64,000 nt of DNA from Octopus sinensis (Eukaryota). Numbering within the stretch: the stretch's first letter is position 1; each line of letters starts with the position of its first letter. This document shows, piece after piece, positions 14,345-26,935 of this stretch. The notes under the pieces were generated by a model. It saw only the letters and a list, made by a program, of their open reading frames with translations. It was not told where the DNA came from and ran no database searches. A program made the position numbers and the translations under genes. Location: the NCBI RefSeq assembly GCF_006345805.1, contig NC_043001.1, positions 88,350,001 through 88,414,000 of the forward strand, in the 5' to 3' direction.

Positions 14345-14739
14345 AGTACACATATAATAAGTATAATAATAATAATAATATCAACAACAACAATAATAAT
14401 GAAATTGCTATCTCTTAATCTATATTCATTAATTAAATTAAATATTTAGTCATTAAATAAACATCAAAATACAATCTAACTCTTAGTCTGTAAAAACCTT
14501 TACTAACTCTTTTTGATTTATATTCAAAACACCCCTACAAAACTACAACCACAATACTACAATAATTAATTAATTAATTATTTATTTATTTAATAATAAA
14601 TATTTAATTTAGACTTATTTAATTATGTAATATACAATATAACCACATTTATAGAATTAATACTACTACAAATTATAACTACAAACAAATTACTAACAAA
14701 AATAGGGTTTAAATATACTCGCTATTTATTTAAAACTTT

Positions 14740-15425
14740 ATTATATAAGTAAAGTAATTTATGTCTACATTTAATTTTACGCTTGTCCAATGAATTAACT
14801 AATTTATCATGATTATTAAATATTATTTCTTTAAATTCACTAGAACATAATAAACAGGAATTACTACCTATACTATATGATTTCACCTTACAAACTATCT
14901 CCCACTTTAAATTATACTTAATTCATTTAGATTTAAGTTCCCATATATATTTACTAAGCCCAGTAGAATTCATTAGATTTATATTCTTAAAGGAATGCAT
15001 ATACTTAATTTAATTTTAGAAGTAGACCCTATATAGATTACATTTAAGTTATAATTATTCCTATTATTCTCATCAATTAAAGTAACGATACGTTTATAAA
15101 CAACATCATGTAAATTACATTTATTTTTAACCTTACAATTATTTTTATCTCTACATGTACAATCAATTAGAACGTTATCTTTATTATTATTGGAATCATT
15201 ATAAAATTTCTTTTTGTAAATATTATTCAACTTAAATTTATTAAAAGCAGAAATAATGTTACCTACATTATTAGTGGTAGAATAACCAACTCCAAAATTA
15301 TTACTAGAGAAAATTTTTTTATATTTTCGATTATCACGAATGAATTGTTCAATTATATTTAAAATCTCTTTAATAATATTAGTTTTAACTTGAGCCCCAT
15401 AAGGAACAATCAACCAAATTTTATT
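14740..15425 (-). mobile_element. Penelope-like element remnant: Cys-rich linker + GIY-YIG endonuclease
   Basis: IWLIVPYGAQVKTNI...KIFSSNN..GYSTTNN..CTCRDKNNCKVKNKC..VVYK...IYIGST, continuing after a frameshift as STGLSKYIWELK..LKWEI...CLLCSSE...CRHK. Confidence 0.85.
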
Positions 15426-15471
15426 TCTGTTATTTATATTATTATTATTATTATTATTATTACTATTATTC

Positions 15472-16600
15472 ATCATCATCATCATCATCATCATTTAGCA
15501 TCCGTTCTCCATGCTAGCATGGGTTGGACGGTTCAACTGGGGTCTGTGAAGCTGGAAGGCTTCATCAGGCCCAGTCAGATCTGGCAGTGTTTCTACGGCT
15601 GGATGCCCTTCCTAACGCAACCACTCCGTGAGTGTAGTGGGTGCTTTTACGTGCCACCTGTACAGTGTGCCAGACAGAGCTGGCAAACGGCCACGAACGG
15701 ATGGTGCTTTTACGTGTCACCGGCACGGGGGCCAGGCGAGGCTGGCAACGGACACGAACGATGGTGCTTTTACGTGCCACCAACACGGGGGCCAGACAGA
15801 GCTGGCAAACGGCCACGAAACGGATGGTGCTTTTACGTGTCACAGGCACGGGGCTAGGCGAGGTTGGCAAGGCACGAACGGATGGTGCTTTTACATGCCA
15901 CCGATACGGGGGCCAGACAGGGCTGGCAAACGGCCACGAACGGATGGTGCTTTTACGTGTCACCGCACGGGGGCCAGGCGAGGCTGGCAACGGACACGAA
16001 CGGATGGTGCTTTTACATGTCACCAACATGGGGCCAGACAGGGCTGGCAAACGGCCACAAACGGATGGTGCTTTTACATGTCACCGACATGGGGACCAGA
16101 CAGGGCTGGCAAACGGCCACGAACGGATGGTGCTTTTACGTGTCACCGGCACGGGGGCCAGACAGAGCTGGCAAACGGCCACGAACGGATGGTGCTTTTA
16201 CGTGTCACCGGCACGGGGGCCAGACAGAGCTGGCAAACGGCCACAAACGGTTGGTGCTTTTATGTGTCACCGGCACGGGGGCCAGGCCAGGCTGGCAACG
16301 AACACGAACGGATGGTGCTTTTACGTGCCACCGACACGGGGGCCAGACTGGGCTGGCAAACGGCTACGAACGGATGGTACTTTTACGTGTCACCTGCACG
16401 GGGGCCCTGATGTTGATCGACCTCAATTTGGTTTGATCTTGATTTTGACTGTTCTCACTGGTCTTGCCGGGTTTTCTCACACATAGCATACCTCCAAAGG
16501 TCTCGGTCACTGGTCATTTCCTTGGTGAGACCTAAAGTTCGAAGGTCGTGCTTCACCGCCTCGACCCAGGTTTTCCTGGGTCTACCTCTTCCACAGGTCC
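15472..16600 (-). mobile_element. 3' end of the same RTE family, inserted into a Penelope-like remnant
   Basis: Minus-strand CGRGRPRKTWVEAVKHDLRTLGLTKEMTSDRDLW, same 3' UTR, (CAT)n at 15472-15493. AT-rich PLE-like sequence lies on both sides. Confidence 0.85.
15640..16405. repeat. GC-rich ~60-62 bp tandem array (~12.5 units) inside the RTE 3' UTR
   Basis: Unit gatggtgcttttacgtgtcaccggcacgggggccagacagagctggcaaacggccacgaacg in two variants; explains the overlapping repetitive ORFs. Confidence 0.95.
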
Positions 16601-17234
16601 CATTATTATTATATTTCTTTTTAATATTATCAAAATTTTTATTATCATTCATTGAATTAAAATTAGTCTTATTTTAATTTAATTTTATTGAATTGCATAA
16701 TAGTGGTTTTTCTCTGATTTATATATACATATATATATATATACATTCATATATATATATACATACATTATATTCATACATATGTATATACATATATATA
16801 TATATATACATACATACATACACATGTATACATACATATATATATATACATATATTCATATATATATATATATATATATACATATATATGCATATATATA
16901 CATATACATTCATACATATATATATATATATATATATCTATGCATATATACATATGTATATATATACATTTATATATATTTATGTATATATGTACTTAAT
17001 ATATATATATACAAAGATATATGCATACATACATGTACATATATACATACATATATATACATATATATATTCATTTATATATGTACATGCACATATATAT
17101 ATATATATACATATATACATGCATATATATACACACACACATATATAAATACACATATATATATATACATACTCACCGATACACACATACACACACACAC
17201 CACACACATATATATATTATATATATATATATAT

Positions 17235-17476
17235 ATATATTGAAGATAGATATATATATATATATATGAAGATATATATATATATATATATATATGAAGA
17301 TATTATATATATATATATATATATTGAAGATATATAGATATATATATATATATGAAGATATATATATATAATATATATATATGAAGATATATATATATAT
17401 ATATATATATATGAAGATATATATATATATATATATATATAGATGAATATAGATATATATATATTATAATATATGA

Positions 17477-17511
<35 letters not shown>

Positions 17512-17830
17512 GATATATATATATATATATATATATATGAAGATATATATATATATATATGAAGATATATATATATATATATATGAAGATATATATATAT
17601 ATATGAAGATATATATATATATAATATATGAAGCTATTATATATATATAGATATGAAGATATATATATATATATATATGAAGCTATATATATATATATAT
17701 ATGAAGCTATATATATATATATGAGCTATATATATATATATATATGAAGCTATTTATATATATATATAATATGAAGCTTATATATATATATATATATATG
17801 AAGCTATATATATATATATATAGATATATA
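17235..17830. repeat. Composite GAAG(A/C)(TA)n satellite, resuming at 22564 after the LINE and followed by AAAGA(TA)n to ~23810
   Basis: Direct inspection. Confidence 0.9.
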
Positions 17831-17831
17831 G

Positions 17832-17866
17832 TCATATAGTCATTGTAAGCTGAGACGATAAGACGT
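17832..17866 (+). promoter_or_regulatory. Candidate LINE internal promoter: Inr-like TCA(+1) with DPE-like AGACGT at +28
   Basis: Taking the A of gTCAtat (17834) as +1 puts AGACGT at 17861-17866 = +28..+33, the canonical Inr-DPE spacing known from jockey-type LINE promoters. The Inr match is only partial. Confidence 0.55.
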
Positions 17867-18203
17867 GTTTTTACTCCTCTCTGCGCCGGTCAGCAGCAAG
17901 CTTCACAGCTACATTCGTCATAATTGCCCATCACATATATTCCTGTATATTTGAAACCACGCTTTTTCCCAACTCGTGAGTAGACTTTTCCTTAACCACA
18001 AACTATTTTCATAATTTTCAAACGACCAAATATTTTCAAACACCTTCTGATAACTAAAGGATCACCCACACATTAAAAATTAGAAAAAGAGGGAAAAAAA
18101 AAGAAAAGAAAAGAAAGATAAAATAACTACAAGCTCATAATTCAAATACAAACTTCTCAGTATTACAACAAACATTCTGTACAATCAATTCTACATACTT
18201 CTC

Positions 18204-18234
<31 letters not shown>

Positions 18235-18300
18235 TAATAATTAAAAGTAATCAACAAAACGAACGAACAAAATAAAATTTAATAAAACATATCAACCAGA

Positions 18301-19528
18301 ATGGCTAGCCACCAAAAATCCAACAAAAACTGGTCTGATAATGAAGTCGACGTTCTTATCAACACATGGCATGGCCTTACCGAAACAGAGAGCATAGGTG
18401 CTTCGTGTCTGAACGAAATTGCTAAACGAACAGTTCACCATTTGCAAACTCGATCTGAACAGCAGATCCAAAATAAATTAAAAGAAATCGAAGTTGCTTT
18501 TAAATTAATAAATAAACACTTCGATAAACTGAGAAGTGTTTTCTCTTGGAACGCATCACCGGCGCAACAACAACAACAACAACCTCAACAACAACAAACT
18601 CAGCGGCAACAACAACAACAGCTACAGCAACAACAACAACTTCAGCAGCAACAACCTCAGAGGCAACAACAACAACAACAACAGGATGAACCACTCCTTG
18701 ATTCATCTACAATGGCCGATTTGCTAAATGAAACGATTGACCCTCCAGTCATCAGGGTTACACAGCAGGAAGCACCACCCCTTCCTTTCACTGCCCCAGC
18801 AGCTCAATCATCATCATTGTCAACACCATCTCCTCTGCTTACTACTACTAGTACTACTCCCACTATATATCGACAAACATCTTTGTCTTGGAATCAACCT
18901 CCTCAATCATTACCACTGTCAACATCTCTTCTACCTACTACTACTACTACTACAGCTACTACTACTAATGCTATCTCAAGGAATTTACCTCCTACAGGTC
19001 ACAAAGGTCGCCAAAACTTCAACAAAACTATCATCTACACCTTTCACAGCTCACACACACACACGCACCTACACACCCACTCGAAACCCCATCATTTGCC
19101 GATATTCTCTTCGCCATAGACTGTGCACTGATAGAGACTGCAAATTCACCCATTTACCTGGAACAAAACGCTCTATCCCCACAAACTACAACAGCAACCA
19201 CCATAATACAACATCACCACAACCACCAATATCTCAAACAAGGAATCCCCAAATCTGCCGCTATTCCCAGCGAGACAGATTGTGTTTGCACAGGGATTGC
19301 CCCTTTACCCATCTCCGGGGACTCGTCGGACATTTAAAGATAACCACTCACATAAAAATAGCCGCGGCCAGTCACCTGCGGTTCCCTAGACAGGAACCAC
19401 CTCTTCTTCCTCTTTTTAGCTATAATGAATCTAGCAAAAGAACTGGGAAAAAAACATCCAAGCTATCACCCACCGCCATCCACCACTATTACCCCACTAC
19501 ACATGCCATTAAAAAGCAATCAATATAA
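18301..19528 (+). pseudogene. LINE ORF1: Myb/SANT-like N-terminus, polyQ and Thr/Ser-rich linker, two CCCH-type zinc fingers (split over two frames)
   Basis: ORF 18301..19119 begins KNWSDNEVDVLINTW...RSEQQIQNKLKEI. ORF 18728..19528 has CRYSLRHRLCTDRDCKFTH and CRYSQRDRLCLHRDCPFTH (C-x8-C-x4-C-x3-H). Confidence 0.7.
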
Positions 19529-22475
19529 CAAATCACCAAAACAATTAAAACCATCCACACTCGCCTCAACATTTTCTGCTTAATGCCCAAGGCATCAGCC
19601 CTTCCACCAATACACAAAATGGAAGATAAGATTCCTGGAGGACTGGGTCGAGGCCCATCCAACCACATCCCTTTCTTCGTCCTCACTGAAACCATCTTAG
19701 TGACCTCCACTTGGAAGCCGAGGTGAAAGTTAAAAAATTTCAAAACCATTCGTGCTGATCGTGTTGGCAGCAGAAGAAAGGGTGGGACTGCCATTTATGT
19801 CCATGATTCATTCTCACAGAAGAAGCCATGAACATATTTTCGAATGGATACTGCGAAGCAGTCGCTGTATTCAGTCAAACCAACAACTTAACAGTAGTTG
19901 GGCTCTACAGACCACCCCAAACGCCCCTACCATGCTTCAAGGAATGCCTCAACAGCATAAAGTGTTTCATTCAGCAGTGTCAACCTGACAACATTTTAAT
20001 GATGGGAGATTTCAACCTTCCCGGGGTTGACTGGTCTACAAACAGTCTGCCGCCAGGTTCTTCTCTCTCAACCCCTGACAGGGAGGCAGTGGAATCGCTT
20101 CTTGACTTCATGGATGACTTCTTCTTGTCCCAACTGGTACTCGAACCAACGAGATGTCACAAAAACGTCTTAGACTTAATTTTCAGCAATCACACTGATA
20201 CTATCCAAAATATTGCAGTGGAGAAAACCCTACTCTCCGACCATGACATGGTTCTCTGTGATCTGAGATTTCACTGGCCAAAATGCAAAACAAATGTCAT
20301 CCCTCTTGTCATCCATTTGACACTATGGATTTCCACAATGCAAACTGGGAAGCGATCAATAATGATCTTGCACAAGTCGATTGGTCCTTCACGCACACAT
20401 ACACACCCACTAACATCAAAAAGTCCTGGCAGTCACTTGTAGACACCATCACGAACATATGTGCAAGACACACCCCATTAAGATCTGCAAACAAATCTAA
20501 GTGTCGAATCCCTAGAAATAGAAAATCTCTCATAAGGAAAATTAAAAGAATCAACAAAAAGATCAACATGCTGAAATACTGTCAACAGCAACACACCAAC
20601 CTGACTGCCATCTCGTCGCTAGAGATTAAAAACATAAACTCCAAAACAACATGATGTCTATCATCAATAGTCAGCGAAGAGCTGAAGAGGCCTGGGCCAT
20701 TGAGGAGATCAAACTCAATCCCAAAGTGTTCTTTTCATTTGCAAAAAAACACAGAGTCACTGGTTCTACTGTTGGCCCTCTGATTGATGAAAATGGTATT
20801 CTTCAAGACAATGCCAAAACCATGGGAGAAATATTGCAGAAACAATATTGCTCTGTTTTCAGCAATCCTGATATGACTGATCTGGGCTGTATCAGTGATG
20901 TTACTCCCAATACACTTTATCGGACATAACATTTGGCGCTCCTGATGTCTTAGCAGCAATAAAGGAAATGAAGCATAATTCAGCAGTAGGTCCCGATAGG
21001 TTCCCTGCTTGTGTCTTGAAGATATGTCAAAACCAACTTGCACCCCCTCTAGCCAATCTGTGGCGGAACTCATTGGATGCTGGATATATACCAGAAGACC
21101 TTCTATCCCAGTCTGTTGTCCCAGTTTTCCAAAAAAGGAAACAAATCGCTTGCCGTGAATTACCGTCCAATCTCACTCACCTCTCATATCATCAAGGTAT
21201 TTGAGAGGGTGCTGAGATCGCGTATGACTCACTTCCTTGAGAGTCATAATATGCTGAACCCCAACCAGCATGGATTCCGTAATGGGAGAGATTGCCTGAC
21301 GCAGCTACTGCATCATTTTGATGACATTTTGAGAGCCTTGGGAGAGGGTTCCAACACTGATGTCATCTACCTTGATTTCAGCAAGGCCTTTGACAGGGTT
21401 GATCATAAGATCCTTCTGAGAAAGCTGTCCAATATTGGTGTCACTGGAAAGCTGCTGCAATGGATCAAGTGCTTCCTCTCTAACAGAACCCAACATGTTG
21501 TAGTCGAAGGAGTCAAATCCAGCCCAGCCAAAGTCAGCAGTGGTGTCCCACAAGGCACTGTGTTGGCCCACTTCTCTTCATCATCTACATAAATGATATT
21601 ACTGACACCATCAAACACAACAACATCAGAACCTTCGCTGATGATTCCAAGCTCCAGAAGGTCATCAATGGCGTGGATGACCGAATAAACCTTCAGTCAG
21701 ACCTACTGGCTGTTGTCCAATGGGCGGAAAAGAATAACATGTTGCTAAATGAAGACAAATTCGAACTGATCCACTTTGGAAGGGAGGACGCTCTGAAACT
21801 CCCATACTCTCTTCCTTCTGGAGAAATTCTCATGGCATCCAACAACATCAGAGACCTGGGAGTAACAGTGGACAACAACATAAGCTGGGCTACACATATA
21901 AGCAGCAAAGTTGACATGGCCCGCAGAATGGTTCCTGGATTCTCAGAACCTTCCAGTCGAGAGATTCCCACGCTATTATCCTTCTCTTCTCCACTTTTGC
22001 CCGACCCCACCTTGAATACTGCTGTCCACTGTGGTCTTCCTACACAAAACAAAATATTATGAGAATTGAAGCTCCCCAAAGGTCAATCACAAAAAAGATA
22101 GATGGCATGTCAGACCTTGACTACTGGGGTAGACTAGAGAAGCTGAAATTGTATTCACTCCAACGACGCCGTGAACGCTACATTATCTGTATGATGTGGA
22201 AAATATTCCACCAGCACTGTCCGAATGATGTTGGCATCACCTTCAAAATGCATCCAAGGCTTGGACCACGTGCCATCCGTCCACAACAAAAATCTAAATC
22301 GCATCACATAACGACAATACGGCACAACTATTTCACCTCAATTGGACCCGCTCTCTTCAACATTACACCAGGACACGTCAAAAAAGAACTGACCACACAC
22401 ACAAAATTCAAGAAGTCTTTGGACAAATTCCTTCAAACAGTACCGGACAAACCACCCACACCCGGATATGTCTGA
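19520..22475 (+). pseudogene. LINE ORF2: apurinic-like endonuclease + reverse transcriptase, multiple 1-nt frameshifts
   Basis: APE motifs RKGGTAIYV, GLYRPP, MGDFNLP, NVLDLIF, LSDHDMV. RT motifs NYRPISLTS, QHGFR, YLDFSKAFDRVDH, GVPQGTVL, FADDSK. C-terminal RLEKLKLYSLQRRRERY. Confidence 0.93.
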
Positions 22476-22656
22476 AAGACTTCGCCAGGTGGTGCTATTA
22501 AGTTAGACATGGCCTGGGCCAATACTGGCCAAAAACCTTTCTAAGTTAAGTTATTCTAAGTTATGAAGCTACATATATATATATATATATGAAGCTATAT
22601 ATATATATATATATGAAGATATATAATATATATGAAGCTATATATATATATATGAG

Positions 22657-22701
<45 letters not shown>

Positions 22702-23214
22702 CTATATAATATATTATATATGAAGCTATATATATATATATGTATATAAAGATATATATATAATATATATATGTATATAAAGTATATATATTATATTATA
22801 TGTATATAAATATATATATGTATATAAAGATATATATATATATATGTAAAGATATATATTTATATATATAAAGATATATATATATACACACAAAACATAA
22901 GTACATAAATGTACATATATGCACACATATATGTATGTGTATATGTACATTTATCTACCTATGTGCATACTCTTGTTACTATATGTTCTATATTTATATT
23001 TCTGTGCATGTGAATCCATGAACAGGCAAACAAGAGTGTGAGTAAATCTATGTGTACGTGCATGTTTTCATGTACACAATGTATTTATAGTCACCATCAC
23101 TCCGTAATGTTTGTGTGAATATGCATATACATCTTTAAACTTTCCTTATTTATTTATTTATCTATATATATATAAATATATATATATAAATATATATATA
23201 TATGTATATATATG

Positions 23215-23245
<31 letters not shown>

Positions 23246-23779
23246 GTACACACACATATATATATGTCTTGATTAAGAATAAATAATTGTATATTCCATC
23301 TTCTGTCTTTCATTTGCTGTGTATGTATGTATATACATATATATATATATAAGATATATATATATATATATAAAGATATACATATATATATATTTATATA
23401 TATATATATGAAGCTATATATATAAAGATATATACATATGTATATAAAGATATATATATATATGTATATAAAGATATATATATATATGTATATAAATATA
23501 TATATATGTATATAAAGATATATATATATATATATGTATATAAATATATATATATATATAAAGATTATATATCTAAAGATATATATATATATATATATGT
23601 ATATAAAGATTATATATCTAAAGATATATATTATATATATGTATATAAAGATATATATATATGTATATAATATATATATATATATATAAAGATTATATAT
23701 CTAAAGATATATATATATATATTATATATAAAGATAGATATATATATATTTATATATAAAGATATATATATATATATAT

Positions 23780-23814
<35 letters not shown>

Positions 23815-24058
23815 CACAGTTGTGACTGTGTGATCAGAAGCTCGCTTCCCAAGTATATGGTTCCGTGTTCAGTCCCACTGCATTGCATATTAGGCAAGTG
23901 TCTTTTACTATATTCCTCAGGCCAACTGAAGCCTTGTTAGTGGATTTAGTAGAGGAAAACTGAAAGCAGCTCCTACTAGATTCAACAAAATATGTTGCAA
24001 AATACAAGTTCACATCGAGTTTCTTGCAAACCAGATACAAAAATGAAGTGTGCATATA

Positions 24059-24947
24059 TTGGGTCATCCCATAAATAATGTGGTTTTTTATACTTCTTTT
24101 ATGTTTCAAAATTAAGATAACAAACTTCTTTTTCAATCTAAAATATACTCTCCTTCATTTTCTACAATGCTCTTCCATCTATTTTGGAAGGCCCCTCTCC
24201 CAAAATTCTCTTGTCCATGACAAAAAGTACTCCTCCAGCACAGTTCTGACCTCATCTCCAAACTTCATACCTTCTCTGTCTAAATGATTTTGAAGACTGG
24301 AATAAATGATGATCACACGGGGAAATGTCTAGCAAATATGGTGGGTGGAGCTTCGTTTCCCATCCAAACTGCTTCAGTCTTTGGAATGTCCTCCTCGCTG
24401 TATGTGGTAAGCATTATTCTGATGGAAGAACACCTTTCGTATTGAAATCAAAGATGGGTGCTTTTCTTCTAACACTGACTGAAGCTGCTTCCTATACACC
24501 TCCTTGGTTATAATTTGGTTTGGGTTTTAAAGTTCAAAGTGGATAAACCTTTCATATTCCACCAAATATAGCAACACCTTATATGGGTGAAGACCTTTAG
24601 CCTGGAGTGTCAGTGTTTCGCCTTTCCCTACCAACTGTCTTTGGTGTTTGACCTTTTTATAGAGAACCCGTTTATTGTCACCAGTCACTATTCAGTCCAA
24701 AACTGGTTCATTCATGAAATATGGCAGCAAAGAAGATTACGCTTTCACTCTCTGCGCATGATTAGACTTGGAAAGTTTGTGAAGAAACCATCGATCCAAT
24801 GTACTGACTTTTCTGATGGCATACAGGTGTCGATGAAAGGTTGAATGACCAAATCCAAGCTTCTCTGCTAGTTCCTCAACAGTTATGATGAGGTTTAGTT
24901 CCACCAAGTTTTGCAGGACATCTTTGTTGAGCTCTATAGATCTTCCA
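24059..24947 (-). mobile_element. 5'-truncated decayed copy of the same mariner family
   Basis: TA + TIR ttgggtcatcccataaataatgtggtttttt at 24059; minus-strand ORF remnant GRSIELNKDVLQNLVE...TVEELAEKLGFGHST. Confidence 0.88.
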
Positions 24948-25595
24948 GTTATGCCACATTTTCTGTAGGACCTATACAAACATGGAAAAATGGACTTTAA
25001 AACAATGATAATGTACACCATTATCTCCATCATTTTAGCATTCACTTTCTATGGTTGCATGGGTCAGACAATTCATTGAGGCAGATTTTCTATGGCTGCA
25101 TGCCTTTCCTGTTACCAACCCTCACCTGTTTCCAAAAAATGTAATATTTCCCCTTGGCTGAACGTTTTCATGGAAGAAATGTATGACTATGACTCTCTTG
25201 GTAGATCTAGTGCTATAGTAGAGAACACTTACTTCCTCAAGTTGCCACACAGTGGGACTGAACCCAAAACCATGAAGTTGGAAACAAACATCTTAACACA
25301 GCCATACCTGCATCCATTGTAGCAGTAATACATTGACTTTACCACAGCACCTTACAAGTGTCCTAACTAGCCATTGGTAGGTGATGTATCTTCAGCTGAG
25401 TCATTCACAGAGAATTTTAAAACTGGGAAAAGACCAATTTATGAAGAATAATGTTAGTTGTTGGGAAAAATGTGTGTATATTTGTGTGTGTTTGTCTTAA
25501 TATCACACGGTTGTTATAAGTGTTTCAGTCATACAAATGATGTCCTTTGTTCCTTTGTCTCCTTCATGAAAACTTGTCTGGCTGTGTGTGTGTGT

Positions 25596-26567
25596 ATAGT
25601 AGAATAATAAAAATTAAGTCCTTAGTACAGTATATTTGAAAAAATGAGTAGAGATGGCTTTTTGGGGGATACTTTTAATTTTCATAATAATGTTTAGAGT
25701 GGGTTACTCATTATTCTATTGTTGTTCCATGTGGTTCATTTAGGTGTATGATTTGGTCTCTGGGGAGTTCTATTTGTTCTTTGGTTGGGGTTATATGTTC
25801 TCTTATTTCTTGTTATATCTGCGTATGATTGCAAATTTGTGTTTTTTAAAGGACTACGGTATCTTTGACTATTTTATGGGAAAACTTACTTTCTTTTGGT
25901 GGTGCTTTGTAGTCTGAGGACTATTGTAGTAGGTCGGTGTTTAGGTCTTATCTAGTTTTTTCCCATAGATGTTTTTGTATTATTGTAGCCAGAAAAAATT
26001 TGATTCCAAGATCTTCTTACATTCCGTCTCTTCTCTGGTGGTGTCAATTTTCCACATGTCTAGAAGTTTTTTTGGATACTTCCACTTCTTCTTTCGTTAA
26101 TTTCTTCATGTATACAGGTGTCATACTTTTTAAAAATTTCTTTTGGAAGTTTGTTACTCTAAGGTGAAGTAGTGTGATTTCAGCCTCAAATCTCTGTAAT
26201 GCTAAATTGAGGTGAATCGTTTCTTCATTTGGTTCCAACGTTAGTTCTTTGATAGGAAGTTTTCTTGGGAGTATTACTTCTTCTTTGCTCCCCCACTGTT
26301 CATATGCGTTGGCTAGGTTTTTCATTTTTTAAGGCTCTCTAATATGTTTATTTTCTTTTACTTAATATGCTATTCCAGGTGTTTTTCAGTCTCTTCAGAG
26401 ACCAAACCATAGACCCAAACAAGCCACATGAAACAACAATATAATAATGTGTCACCCACTATAAACATGATTATTAAATTTAAAATTATCCCCCAAAACG
26501 CCATCTCTACTCATTTTCTCAAATATATTATACTGTGCCAAGAACTTTCTTTTTATTATTCTACTAT
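25596..26567. mobile_element. ~970-bp element with ~170-bp diverged terminal inverted repeats
   Basis: 25596-25762 vs 26396-26567 (e.g. aaaatgagtagagatggc..ttttgggggata / tatcccccaaaa..gccatctctactcatttt); internal decayed minus-strand ORF 26044..26325. Confidence 0.75.
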
Positions 26568-26935
26568 CTTACGGATTGGTACAAGATAGGATGGCTTACA
26601 CAAGATCAAAATCAGCAGCCAAATTACGGAAATCTGAAACATTATTAGAGGAGAGCAAAAACTTCCAATCATTATAATCATTATAAACAAATATGAATTC
26701 CTTCCATGAAATAAAACAAGAAACATGGACCTACAGAGAAACATATTCCCTTCTTACAAACTGTCATCAAAATGAAAACCAAAGCAGAACTCCTGAAATG
26801 AATACCCACAACCTAAATTCAACCACACAAAGCATTAAAAGAATAGAATGAACTCAACTTAGAAAAGGAGGCATACAAAAAGAAAAGCCAGATGAAAAAC
26901 ATCTAGAATAGCATATATATATGTGTGTGTGTATA

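Larger units (their letters stand above)
17831..22563 (+). mobile_element. Apparently full-length CR1/L2-group LINE (~4.7 kb), frameshifted as assembled
   Basis: 5' UTR, ORF1 from 18301, APE and RT motifs, 3' UTR with a ggcca-atac-tggcc hairpin and a (ttct)aagtta-type repeat tail. Flanked on both sides by GAAG(C/A)(TA)n satellite. Confidence 0.92.

Noticed and set aside
15565-16486. Four overlapping 160-280 aa ORFs and a CRISPR-like periodic look
   Set aside because: Head-to-tail tandem repeat with no unique spacers, in a eukaryotic retrotransposon UTR; the ORFs are a by-product.
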